This document shows positions 25,401 through 36,259 of a DNA stretch of 64,000 nt, one piece after another. The stretch lies in assembly GCF_009914755.1 (NCBI RefSeq), contig NC_060948.1; one strand, given 5' to 3'. The DNA comes from the human T2T-CHM13v2.0 reference genome, Homo sapiens. Each line of letters starts with the position of its first letter. Position 1 is the stretch's first letter. The position numbers and the translations under genes were made by a program. The notes under the pieces were generated by a model, which was given only the letters and a program-made list of their open reading frames with translations, was not told the DNA's origin and made no database searches.

Positions 25401-26790
25401 ACTGATTTCCTATGAGATTGCCATTTTTATCAAATTTAGACCTGCATTGATTTGCCTAATGTTTCCATTTCCTACATTCGGAACATATAGAAGAGGGTTC
25501 TTTCCCTGAGTTAGCTCGGTTATCACTAGGGGGGCATTGCCTCTTCACATGACCTTTCACTCCACATAGAAAACAATTTTGGTTTCTCTCCCTTTTCACT
25601 TTCGGAGGGCTTAATGACATAGCTAATATTCTGGCCTTGTTTGTCTCAGTTCCTACCAGGTGAGGCACTTATATGAGCTCCTGGATGGTGCTTGCCTTTC
25701 CTTTGATTGCCTGCCATTGCCTGCTGGCAATCCACATTAGCGTTTTCAAAAGCCAGTTGCAGCAATAAGATAGGAGTGGCCTGGGTGTGACTAATTTGCC
25801 TCTTAATTGCCTGAGTTAACGGATCCATAAACTCAACAAATGGCTCCTAAGTCCCTTGTCAAACATTTACAAAAGACCTCTGCTGAACTCTGGTCTTGGG
25901 AATTTGGTCCCAAGCTCTGAGAGCACACAGACACTTCAGCAAAGGCCTGGGGATCAAAATTTAGTTGTTTTTATACATCAGCATGAGGACACCTCCCTTG
26001 GAGCTTATCAGCTGTTATATTTTGCCCGGCTGCCTGATTCTGGTTGGCTTGTTGTTTGCACAAGCCGTCCATATCCTGCCTTCCAGAGGAGGAATGGGCT
26101 AGGCTCCAGAGTTGCTTTAGCTAGCATTGACCAGTCCCATGGGCCCACACAGAATTGGTCTGCTAAGGCCCCAATCATTCCTTTTGTAAATGGTCTAGTG
26201 GCTCCATTTTCTTTAATGCTTTTTCTTCATTGTTTATAAGAGTGAAAGGAAATGGGTTCATGTACTTGATTACCATGTTGGTCTTGCATTACTGGACAGG
26301 CTAAGAGCTCTCCTTCTAATGCCACTTGTTTAAGACAAGGTCCCATAGCTGAAGTATGTTTCTTGCCTTTTTTTCTACTTACAGTAAGACGGGGCTCAGG
26401 CAAACCCTCCATTTACTCTTTGTTATTTTGGCCCGGTGATAGTGGGACTGAGGGAAAAGGAGGTGATAAGGCAGGTGATGTTTCTCCCTCCTTCTCATTT
26501 TTAGGCTCTTCTGTGTATAATGGGACTAAACCATCCTTAGTAAAGCCCGCCATGTTAAAGCTGATGCTGGGACCTGACGACCCTGTGCATAACATTGTTT
26601 AAGATTTCTCCCTACTTGTTCCCAGAGTTCTACGTCTAGCATTCCTTCTTCTGGGAACCATGGATTATATGACCAAAGTTTATATTAATTTCATTAATTG
26701 AACCTGGGAAACTGAAGCCCCGCTAGCCGTAAGCAACTGTTTTAATACTTTTATATACTGTTTCTGAGGTGCTGATAACTGTTGTCTTAT
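25370..26790 (-). pseudogene. gag: HML-5 gag remnant
   Basis: N-terminus (ATA)RQQLSAPQKQYIKVLKQLL with a mutated start. Capsid QLAFENANVDCQQAM. Zinc knuckles CFLCGVKGHVKRQC and CSECRKWKH*ANQC. Confidence 0.88.
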
Positions 26791-26912
26791 AATGAAAACT
26801 CAGCTTGAACCAACTTCCCCCAGAGCTTTGTGACCTCAAGTGCGGACCAATGACTTACTGATTACTCAGTGAGTTAACCATGCGGTTCCTTTCTTCACCT
26901 TTTTTTTGGGAG

Positions 26913-27722
26913 TCCAAGTCTTTCTATTGTGAATAGTGCCACAATAAACATACATGTCTTTATCATAGAATGATTTATAATCCTTTGGTATATGCCCAGT
27001 AATGGGGTTGCTGGGTCAAATGATATTTCCAGTTCTAGATCTTTGAGGAATTGCCACACTGTCTTCGACAATGGTTGGACTAATTTACGCTTCCACTGAC
27101 GGCGTAAAAGCATTCCTATTTTTCCACAAGCTCTCCAGGATCTGTTGTTTCCTGACATTTTAATGATTGCCATTCTAACTGGAGAGAGATGATATCTCAT
27201 TGTGGATTGATTTGCATTTTTCTAGTGACCAGTGATAATGAGCATTTTTTCATATATCTGCTGGCTGCATAAATGTCTTCTTTTGAGTAGTGTCTGTTCA
27301 TATCCTTTGCCCACTTTTTGATGGGGTTATTTGTTTTATTCTTGTACATTGGTGTAAGTTCTTTGTAGATTCTGGATATCGGCCCTTTGTCAGATGAATA
27401 GATTGCAAAATTTTCTCCCATTCTGTAGGTTGGCTGTTCACTCCGATGACAGTTTCTTTGGCTGTGCAGTAGCTCTTTAGTTTAATTAGATCCCGTTTGT
27501 CAATTCTGTCTTTTGTTGCTGTTGCTTTCAGTGTTTTGGACATGAATTCTTTGCCCATGCCTTTGTCCTGAATAGTATTGCCCAGGTTTTCTTCTAGGAT
27601 TTTAAAGGTCCTAGTTGTAACATTTAAGTCTTTGATCTATCTTGAGTGGACTTTTGTAAGTGGTGCAAGGAAGAAGTCCAGTTTCAGTTTTCTGCATATG
27701 GCTAGCCAGTTTTCCCAAACCA
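26913..27722 (-). mobile_element. Internal L1PA ORF2 fragment with no 3' UTR or poly-A
   Basis: ORF fragments [28 protein letters not shown] and MGKEFMSKT. Confidence 0.92.
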
Positions 27723-28322
27723 TTTTTGTACTTCTTAAGAGTATATTTGAAAATTATTCCTCATGATTAAGATTTATGTCTTTTAGAAGGAGAAGCAAGC
27801 TAGTAGCATTTTAGATATAATATACACTGAGCTGTTTTCTTTTTTCACAGGAAGTGTCTTTATTCAAAATTTCCACTAGTTTTAAAATTGATCAATGTAA
27901 ACAAATTATAATTAAAAAAACTTTTCCTACAATTACAAAGTAGTATTTGCTAAACAAATTCTCCTTTAAAATGATTTGCATCAGGTAAACTTAATTTTGT
28001 CTAAACTAAAGGCTATAAAAACCTTGGAAGAAAATATTTAGTACCATGTAATTAAGGGAATTAGTATCACATTTTCAGGTACCCAACAATTACTACGTTT
28101 TTACAAACATGAAAGTAAAAGAAAACAACTATGACTCTTATTATATCACTACAGTCTGTGATTTTTCTTCTTTTTCTCATTTATTTATATTCATCATAGG
28201 TTTAATTGCATGCCTCTGCATTTCTCTGTATACCTCTGAAAGATTAATATATGGTTCTGCAATTATATATTTATTTTACCTTTGAAAAGGTATACAGCAT
28301 ATCATGATACATTTTCCATTAG

Positions 28323-28961
28323 TGTTGTACCCAAGCGAGTTAGAGGAATGTCACACTTTGAAATGAATTTAAGGGTCCTTTATTTAGCCGGCAGCCGAGA
28401 GGCGGATAACGCTCAGAATTCTCTCGGCCCCGAGGAAGGGGCTTGATTTTCCTTTATACCTTGGTTTAGGAAGGGGAAGGGGGCTCAGTTGCAACAATTC
28501 TACAGAAGTAAAAACATGCAAAAAATTAAAAAGACAAATGGTTACAGAGAAATAAACAGTTCCAGGTGCAGGGGCTCTAAATATATTATAAGATGTCAGG
28601 TATGGTGGCTCTGCTGAACACAAACTCAAGGCTTTATGGTGTTATCTCTTGAGTGAAATCCTGGGAACTTTGTACATTGCTTGCTTCAGTACCTTGCTTT
28701 GTGCATTGCTTGCTTCAGTTAATTGGACTCTTTGATGCGTAGACAATCAGCTTACACAAGTTAACTCCTTGAGGAAAGGGGGTGGGTAAGGAGTCCTTGA
28801 TATCTTGTAAATGAAGGAGCCAAATGGAGTTCGTCTGGCTTTCATAGCTAAGGGAGAGCATATTCACATGGAAACAAGGCTAGGTGATTAAGGGAGAAAG
28901 GGAGAGTCTAAAAACAAGGTTAGTAAAAGCAAGGTTAGTAAAAACAAGTTTAGGTATTGCA
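28323..28961 (-). mobile_element. Solo ERV1 LTR (LTR6A-like)
   Basis: Minus strand TGCAATACCTAAACTTGTTTTTACTAACC … CTCGCTTGGGTACAACA. Perfect TSD TTAG (28319-28322 and 28962-28965). Confidence 0.82.
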
Positions 28962-30896
28962 TTAGTATACCTATCTCAGAATGCACATAACTTTAGAACC
29001 TATAAAACTTCTGCATGGGTTAGAAACTAGGCAATGTTAAGCAGTATTTATTTACAAAACATGTCTAATTTATAATGGGAATAGGATGAGAAAAGATGCT
29101 TTCTTTTTGGTTTGACAACATTATGGGCTCTGAGGGTTACTCAGAGAAGACAGATTTCATCTTAGAAGTGGGTATTTGCTTACTAGGGTTGAAAGCGTTA
29201 TGGTGGTGGCATGCTCCCAGATTACCACTTGAGATGCATCGCTGGTTGATCTACAGAGCAGCTTTGATGCGGTTTTACCCAGCCAGATTCCTGCTATCCT
29301 GGCTGCAAGGTTTGTTTTCTTTTGCTTGTAGTCAGAGGGGAAGTGATGCTTGATTTTCTACTTGCCTCTGAACTTTAGAGCTTAATTTTGCTCCAGGAAA
29401 GAGGAGAATTTCTTAAATCTGAAGTGTTTCACTTAGCTTTATGAAAGTAGGAAAAAATAAAATAAAACAAAATAAAAACAATCCTTGCTGGTTTCTTATT
29501 CATATTCCATCTATTAACTGCTGGATTGAAACTCTTTTTAAAAATTTTTTGATGACTTCTGAATCAAAGTAACAATGCAGGCAAAGCTCCCACACCTGGA
29601 AACTAAGAAAGGACTTGCACAAAAGAAAGTAAGACAGAAAGAGAAAATATGAAGGTTCTGAGGTTACCATGAAATTGATTCTAAGTTCCTTTGCCTGAGA
29701 GTCGAATCCTTTCTACAATTGGTTGGAGTTCCATTCTCCTTTCAGGGCTCAGCTCGTGTTACACTTTCTCTCCAATCTCTTGTAGCTTTTCCTTACATTA
29801 CTTTATTTTCTCTGGCATGAAGAAACGGTGCAGAGGAAAATACAATATTGAGTAGATTTTGCAGTGAAATATTTTAATTGCAGAATGGTATGGAAAACAA
29901 TGGATGCTAGGATAAAAATTGTGTGTGTAAGCTTATTGAGAAATTTGAATGAATGTCAGTTTCAGGAGAGTTTAGACTTGAAAGTGTCGTTAAACGTATG
30001 CTTTCATATCATGCTTGTGTTTGACATAAAAATGCGTAATATTTTTTATGTCAGAGAAGGTAGTTTTCATATATTGTGCATCAACCTATGGATCTCCAAT
30101 TTCCAAATGTGCAGTACATGCTCAACAAACTGTGGAACAGAATGATGAATGAGTAACATTAACCGAACTCTTTAGAAAATTGGCATACTAAAGTTCATAC
30201 TAAAACATGAATGCATTCTCTTTATTCAAGTAATTAATTTCTAATAATCCCATTCATCTTAGATACAAAACTTAATTAGCTTAGTAATAAAATTACTGAT
30301 GATAGCATATTATTTTACTAAATATATGCTTTAGAATGTACTAACAGTTTCTGTCCAAGTTTATCCTTATGGAAACCATAGTAGTAAAAGCATTCTTATG
30401 TCCAGCTTTCTTTTTATCAGGTTCTAAAGAGAGGACATATTAATAGTACACATGTAAACAGTAGCTGACTGAATTTTTAAAAGATTAAATAAAGAAGCAC
30501 TAAGACAAGTATTAAAATTTTATAAACAATTATTGCTTATCCTTCATTAGACAGCAACAACATTGGTAAGTTAACAGGCAGCATTTTTACCAGTTCAGAG
30601 GGTGTCTGAGTACTCAGTGGGATTTATTATGTGAAACAATACTCACATAAACCTGAAGAAAGTGTACTTATTTTATATACATAAAAGGTAGCAGGTAACC
30701 TACTTAGAGATTACTTGAAATTTCTACTTGGATGGGCCCTTTCATCTCTGTGAGAATGTAGAGCAGGTCAAGTTCTCCTGGGAGGCTGTGGTAGTAGTCT
30801 TTTGTGCAGATTGTTTTGTGTTTTTAGAATTTTTAGTTTCTCAGGTCGCTGATATGGCTCAGTCATTATATTTTCTCTGGAGTGGTTGGTCTGGAG

Positions 30897-31368
30897 CAGA
30901 CATTCCCAAACTTCCTGGTACCAGGGACTGGTTTCATGGAAGACAATTTTTCCACAGATCATGGGTGGGGAGGTGATGGTTTTGGGATGATTCAAGAACA
31001 TTACATTTATTCTGTACCGGTATTTCTATTATTACAACTCTGCAATATATAATTAAATAATTATATAACTCACCATAATGTAGAATCAGTGGGAGGCCTG
31101 AACTTGCTTTCTGTCCCAGGGTGATGGCAGACAGTGACAGATCATCAGGCATTAGATAATCATAAGAGTGCACAATCTAGATCCCTCGCATAGACAGTTC
31201 ACCACGGGGTATGATAATCTAATGTCACTTCTGATCTGACAGGAGGTGGGGCTAAGGCAGTAATGCAAGCAATGAGGAGTGGCTGTAAATACGGATGAAG
31301 CTTTGCTGGCCTGCCAGCCACTCACCTCTTGCTGTGCAGCCAGTTCCTAACAGATCATGCACTGGTAC
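30897..31368 (-). mobile_element. MER1A (hAT-Charlie non-autonomous DNA transposon)
   Basis: gactggtttcatggaagacaatttttccac…ctcaccataatgtagaatcagtggg…gatcatcaggcattaga…gatctgacaggagg…ggctgtaaatac. Confidence 0.85.
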
Positions 31369-31793
31369 CTGAATGAGTGTTTAGAATCATCAACGTCTTT
31401 AAAGTGGTTAGCATATCCAGAACAAACAGTAGTGTCCAGGTAAGAAAGGCCTACCTATGGGGAGTGATTAGTCACTCCTGTAGAGTCAGTCTATTAAGGC
31501 TGATTGACATATCTTACAGTTTTTATCAAGACAGTGCTTGGTGAATAAATATGCAATAAATGATAACCATATATTCAAAATTAGTGTTTCCCGCATGTTT
31601 CAGCTGGGTTTGTTTTTAGGTGATCATATTGTTTCTTCATGGACTAGTCATAAGAATACTCAGTTGAATGCTCAGTTGAACCTTGGAGGAAACATGCATC
31701 ACTGTTTACACAGCAAAAATAACTGAAGTAAATTGTTTGTTTAGAGTCTCCTGGCTCTGCTAAAGTCACCAGAATAATCACCGCTTAAAAGTT

Positions 31794-32045
31794 ACCAAAC
31801 ACTGCATGTTCTCACTCATAGGTGGGAATTGAACAATGAGAACACATGGAAACAGGAAGCGGAACATCACACACCAGGGCCTGTTGTGGGGTGGGGGGAG
31901 GGGGGAGGGATAGCATTAGGAGACACACGTAATGTTAAATGATGAGTTAATGGGTGCAGCACGCCAACATGGCACATGTATACATATGTAACTAACCTGC
32001 ACATTGTGCACATGTACCCTAGTACTTAAAGTATAATAAAAAAAG
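31794..32045 (+). mobile_element. Short 5'-truncated L1PA 3' end (L1PA4/5-like)
   Basis: catgttctcactcataggtgggaattgaac…G-tract…acttaaagtataataaaa, with short TSD AAAAGTT. Confidence 0.93.
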
Positions 32046-32984
32046 AAAAGTTTATCATAGATAGTACATATTTGAATCTATGCATATTTATGAACTATGA
32101 AAATGACTGCCATGTTCATAACAATGGTAATATAAAACAGTTTATGGGCACTTACTGGAAATCAAATGTCAAAGACTCAGAGACTAAGTCATTTAGAAAA
32201 GAAAATAAATTCATTTGCAGAAAATTATTAATTGGAGTACAGGTTTTAACAGAACTTGCTGTAAAATTAAAAAAAAATGATTAGATATTTAATTTATCAA
32301 AGCTGTAATGTTCATGATGGACAATTAATAACTTCTTTGAATTATTGTCAAATTAGATGATATTCTCCCATTTTTATATATCAACATTTCAAAGGCCAAG
32401 ATAAAATTATTTTTGTTAGGGAGTCAGTAACTTACAGAAAAGCTCAAGATTTGATTTAATTTTTGGAACCAGACAGAATGAGTCTGTTTTACTTGTTGTT
32501 GTTGTTGTCATTGTGGTTTACCTTAGGGAAAATGAAGCATTTAAAAATGTTTTCCTTGTGTGGAATATGATGTAAACCCTCATTCCTTTAATGGAGCAGG
32601 GCAAGGTGATACAGTATTTCCTTATAGACACTGTGCAAGGCACTCTATTCACTTATGTCTAACAACAAGCCCATGATGATCACAGGGCACTGCTTACTCA
32701 CTGAATTTTACAGTTACACTAGAGGTGGAGTTAAACCTGCATTGGTAATACATTAGGCTTAGTAAATAATTTAGTGAGCCCCTTGAGAATGATCTAAGAT
32801 ATGAGCACCTAATTGTACCAAATGTATGGTCAATATTATTTCCTGTTAGAGACTCATGATGAGATTACAGAGAAATTAGAAACTAATTAAACATATAGAA
32901 CCAAAGTTTTCATTCCCTAGTTCAAGCTCATCAGTACATTTTACTTTCTTTCAGATGCAGACATAATTTATTGTTTTTGAAGAA

Positions 32985-33116
32985 TCTCTTTATCTCTTTA
33001 TCTCTCTCTGTTTCTCTCTCTCTCTCTCTGTTTCCCTCTGTTTCTTTGTTTCCCTCTCTCTGTTTCTCTATTTGCTTCTCTCTGTATGTTTCTCTCTCTC
33101 ACTCTCTCTCTCTCTC
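32985..33116 (+). repeat. CT-rich degenerate microsatellite
   Basis: Interrupted (CT)n/(CTGTTT) tract. Confidence 0.85.
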
Positions 33117-33527
33117 CTGCTTTATATTATATGCTAGCAAAGGATTAGGCAAGGATAGATGTTCTCTAAAGACAGATATTGCCTGTTTGAAAAGCTAAGG
33201 ACAGGCCAACCAAAAAATAAAGAAACTAACACTGATTTTTTTAAAAAGCCATACGTAGCGTCAGTGATGAGGACCTCTCATTTTTGTTATTACTGCTGTT
33301 TCATTCAAGAAACTGAAAACTAGGACAAGATTTGTTCCCACATACACAGGTAAGAGCAGCTCAGCCACAATAAAGAGATGTCTCACTGATTTGAGTGAAA
33401 AATGCAGGACCCCATTTACATGGAAATATAGTATTTTAAAATAAAAAAAGCTGAAGTTTTAAGCATTCCAATTCACAATGTAAATTTTGTCTTTTTTATG
33501 TAAAATGAGATAATGTAAGTAAGACAC

Positions 33528-33668
33528 TTCTGTTGTAATTGTTATTGCTATTGAGGTTATCATCCCTGTTCTTGTTAATATTACTTACTTTTAATTTTCT
33601 GTTTTAATTGTTATTGCTACTGAGGTTATCATCACTGTTCTTGTTAATATTACTTACTTTGAATTTTC
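33528..33668 (+). repeat. 69-bp tandem duplication (2 copies)
   Basis: ttctgtt.taattgttattgcta.tgaggttatcatc.ctgttcttgttaatattacttacttt.aatt at 33528 and 33597, with 4 mismatches. Confidence 0.92.
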
Positions 33669-34508
33669 CTGTATAGGCCTTAATCTAACACTTTCTGTAC
33701 CAATGCTTGTTTGGCAAAACTATTTTTTTAGGTAAAGAGTATACAATTTAGTGTCTCAATAATGTTGCATAATTACCCATACCAAAACTTGGTGGTATTT
33801 TATAGTAAGCATGTATTTTTGCCTTTGTAACTGCAGAAAAAGAGGGATTTTTTACTCTTCTAAGCTTAGTTGGAATTGGTTTTGTCTCAGTCGATTCTAA
33901 TGTGTTCTCTTTAAACCTACAGCTAAGTTATTTTCTTCTTGTAAAGAAAAGCAGGAAAGCAAGACGGTAAGTTCAATTGCCAAACACATTTCAAGACCTT
34001 CCCTGTTTTTCATGTCTGGGCATCCCATTAACCCCTAACAGGAAGCAAAGGAACGGGAAACACAGTTCTGCCATGGAAATTATGAATATGTGCTAAGCAA
34101 CAGGACTATTAATTTTAAATAATAAGCTGTTAGGTGGTTTTTATTCCATGAACAATTAGATTGCAAGTGACTTGTACATGTTACCTTTCTACTAGAAATC
34201 CATACCCAGAAAGCTTTATCCATCACTCCTGATTTTAGAGGTGTTCAGTTGTCAGATTTTTTTCTCACTTCCACTGGCTGCATTGCTCCACTCTTCTAAC
34301 CATCCTCCTATTCATTTTAAAGTCAAAGTGAATTATGTCTTGCTTGTCAGAGTTTATTAATGTTGGATCCTGAAATTATAAAGATTGTTATGTATCTTTC
34401 CAATTCTTATGGTATTATTATTATGGGAAAATGTATACCCTTTTGAAAATAACTAATTTGAAATAATTTTGTAACATAATCCATTTTACAATAAGAAATC
34501 TCCTCTCT

Positions 34509-34511
<3 letters not shown>

Positions 34512-34552
<41 letters not shown>
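34512..34552 (+). repeat. (CA)n microsatellite
   Basis: About 20 perfect units. Confidence 0.97.
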
Positions 34553-34554
<2 letters not shown>

Positions 34555-35009
34555 CTCCATGGCAAATTTATTATAATTCAAATAAACATGAAATATTAAA
34601 TATTTAAACGTTAAATATTTAATTTAATATAATATAAATATGTTTATATCATATAATGAAGGGATTTTTTTGTTAAATACAGGGTAAGTTGATATGTTTT
34701 TTCTTTTTGTCACAAAATTGCCAAACACATGTGTCAAAGTATTAATACACAGTATCATATGTATGACATTCCATCTGACACATTTTGACATTAATTCATC
34801 TTTTGATCCAAAAATTTCTTCCTATTTTAATAAAGATACACATTTGAATTTTATCCGTTCTGCACCTTTTTAAGGCTCCCTTTAATAATGAACTTCAAAA
34901 TTAAACTTTTATATTTAATATTATTGTTGGTATAGTCTCATTTTTATAAATATTTGTCCTGTTCTTTAAATGATGATGTATGATACATAGGCAAAAGGAT
35001 ATCCTGGAG

Positions 35010-35317
35010 CTTTTATATTTTATTTTATATATATTTTTGAGACAGAGTCTCACTGCCTCACCCAGGCAGGAGTGCAGTGGTGTGATCCTGCCTCACTGCA
35101 ATCTCCAACTTTGGGTTCAAGTGATTCTTCTGTCTCAGCCTCCTGAGTAGCTGGACCAAAGGCATTCACCACCATGCCTGGCTAATTTTTTATTTGTAGT
35201 AGAGATGGGTGTTCTGCCATATAACCCAGGCTGGTCTTGAACTGCTGACCTCAAGTGATTCACCCGACTTAGCCTCACAAAGTGCTGGGATTACAGATGG
35301 AAGCCATCGCACCTGAC
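35010..35317 (-). mobile_element. Full-length Alu (S/J, diverged)
   Basis: T-rich tail, then gagacagagtctcact…aagtgctgggattacaga…gcacctgac. Confidence 0.92.
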
Positions 35318-35949
35318 ATTTTGCTAATTTTATGTCGATCTCATGGATAGTTGCTTGTAGTGAAAGAGCCAAGAATTAATCAACACATCATAGATACACA
35401 CAACTAAATTTCCGAGAGGAATATATTGCCCAGATCAAGTAAGTTTCCATGGAAAATTATTAACAAAGACCTCATTCAAGAGGATTGCAGAAAGTGAGCT
35501 ATGCTCAGCGGGATTGGTATCATAATGTGGTACAAAGAAAGTGAATAAAATTATATGATTAATTTTTTTTTGCGGTTGCAGGTCAGCATCCATTGCTTAT
35601 ACCACGTACAGTGCCCCACTCAAACTTGAATGGCAGTGAGGCAGTCAGGATTTGGAGGAAGGCCCAGCAAGGACAATCAGGGCCCAAGGATAGAATGCTG
35701 GATTTGCCTGTGGTGCTTTGTGATCTTTCACAAAGTAACTGCGAAATGATGAGTGTAGACAGCATATCTTCTGTCATAAATTAGACATTTCAACCAATAT
35801 TATTACCTTAAATATATCTGTTCTTACTCTAAATAGTTAAATCCACTGTATTTCAAGATTTAAAGTTGAATCCAAAGACTCTTTAATGTTACAAAGAAGT
35901 ATGAAGTTACCTTAAGTTAAAATTGTTCAGTGGACATTGAAATAACTAC

Positions 35950-36259
35950 GGCTGTCAACAGTGGCTGACGCCTGTAATCTCAACACTTTGGTAGACCGAG
36001 GCTGGTGGATCATGAGGTCAGGAGATCGAGGCCATCTTGGCTATGGTGAAACCCCATCTCGACTAAAAATACAAAAAATTAGCCGGGCATGGTGGCAGGC
36101 ACCTGTAGTCCCAGCTACTGAGGAGGCTGGAGCAGAGAATGGCATGAACCTGGGAGGTGCAGCTTGCAGTGAGTTGAGATCATGCCACTACACTGTAGCC
36201 TGGGCACACAGCATGAGACTCTGTCTCAAAAAAAGAAAAAAAGAAAAAGAAAGAAAAAA
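35950..36259 (+). mobile_element. Full-length AluY-like element with TSD
   Basis: ggatcatgaggtcaggagatcgag and gagaatggcatgaacc diagnostics. TSD GAAATAACTAC/GAAAGAACTAC. Confidence 0.93.

Larger units (their letters stand above)
17370..26912 (-). mobile_element. HERV-K(HML-5)/HERVK22 provirus, defective, lacking the 5' LTR and PBS
   Basis: Betaretroviral order gag-dUTPase/pro-pol-env-PPT-LTR22 on the minus strand. All genes are broken by stops, frameshifts or insertions. Confidence 0.85.

Noticed and set aside
21500-26790. Possible APOBEC3 hypermutation of HML-5 (ATGGGA to ATAAGA, a few TGG to TAG)
   Set aside because: Most Trp codons remain intact and other substitution types are abundant. 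It is not supportable without a consensus-based count.
24038-28961. Two related LTRs in inverted orientation, as a possible composite element or inversion boundary
   Set aside because: They are clearly diverged from each other and each has its own TSD, so they are independent solo LTRs.
30700-30896. Minus-strand peptide (…PEKLKILKTQNNLHKRLLPQPP) resembling an exon relic
   Set aside because: The ORF starts inside MER1A and is stop-interrupted, and I cannot assign any homolog.
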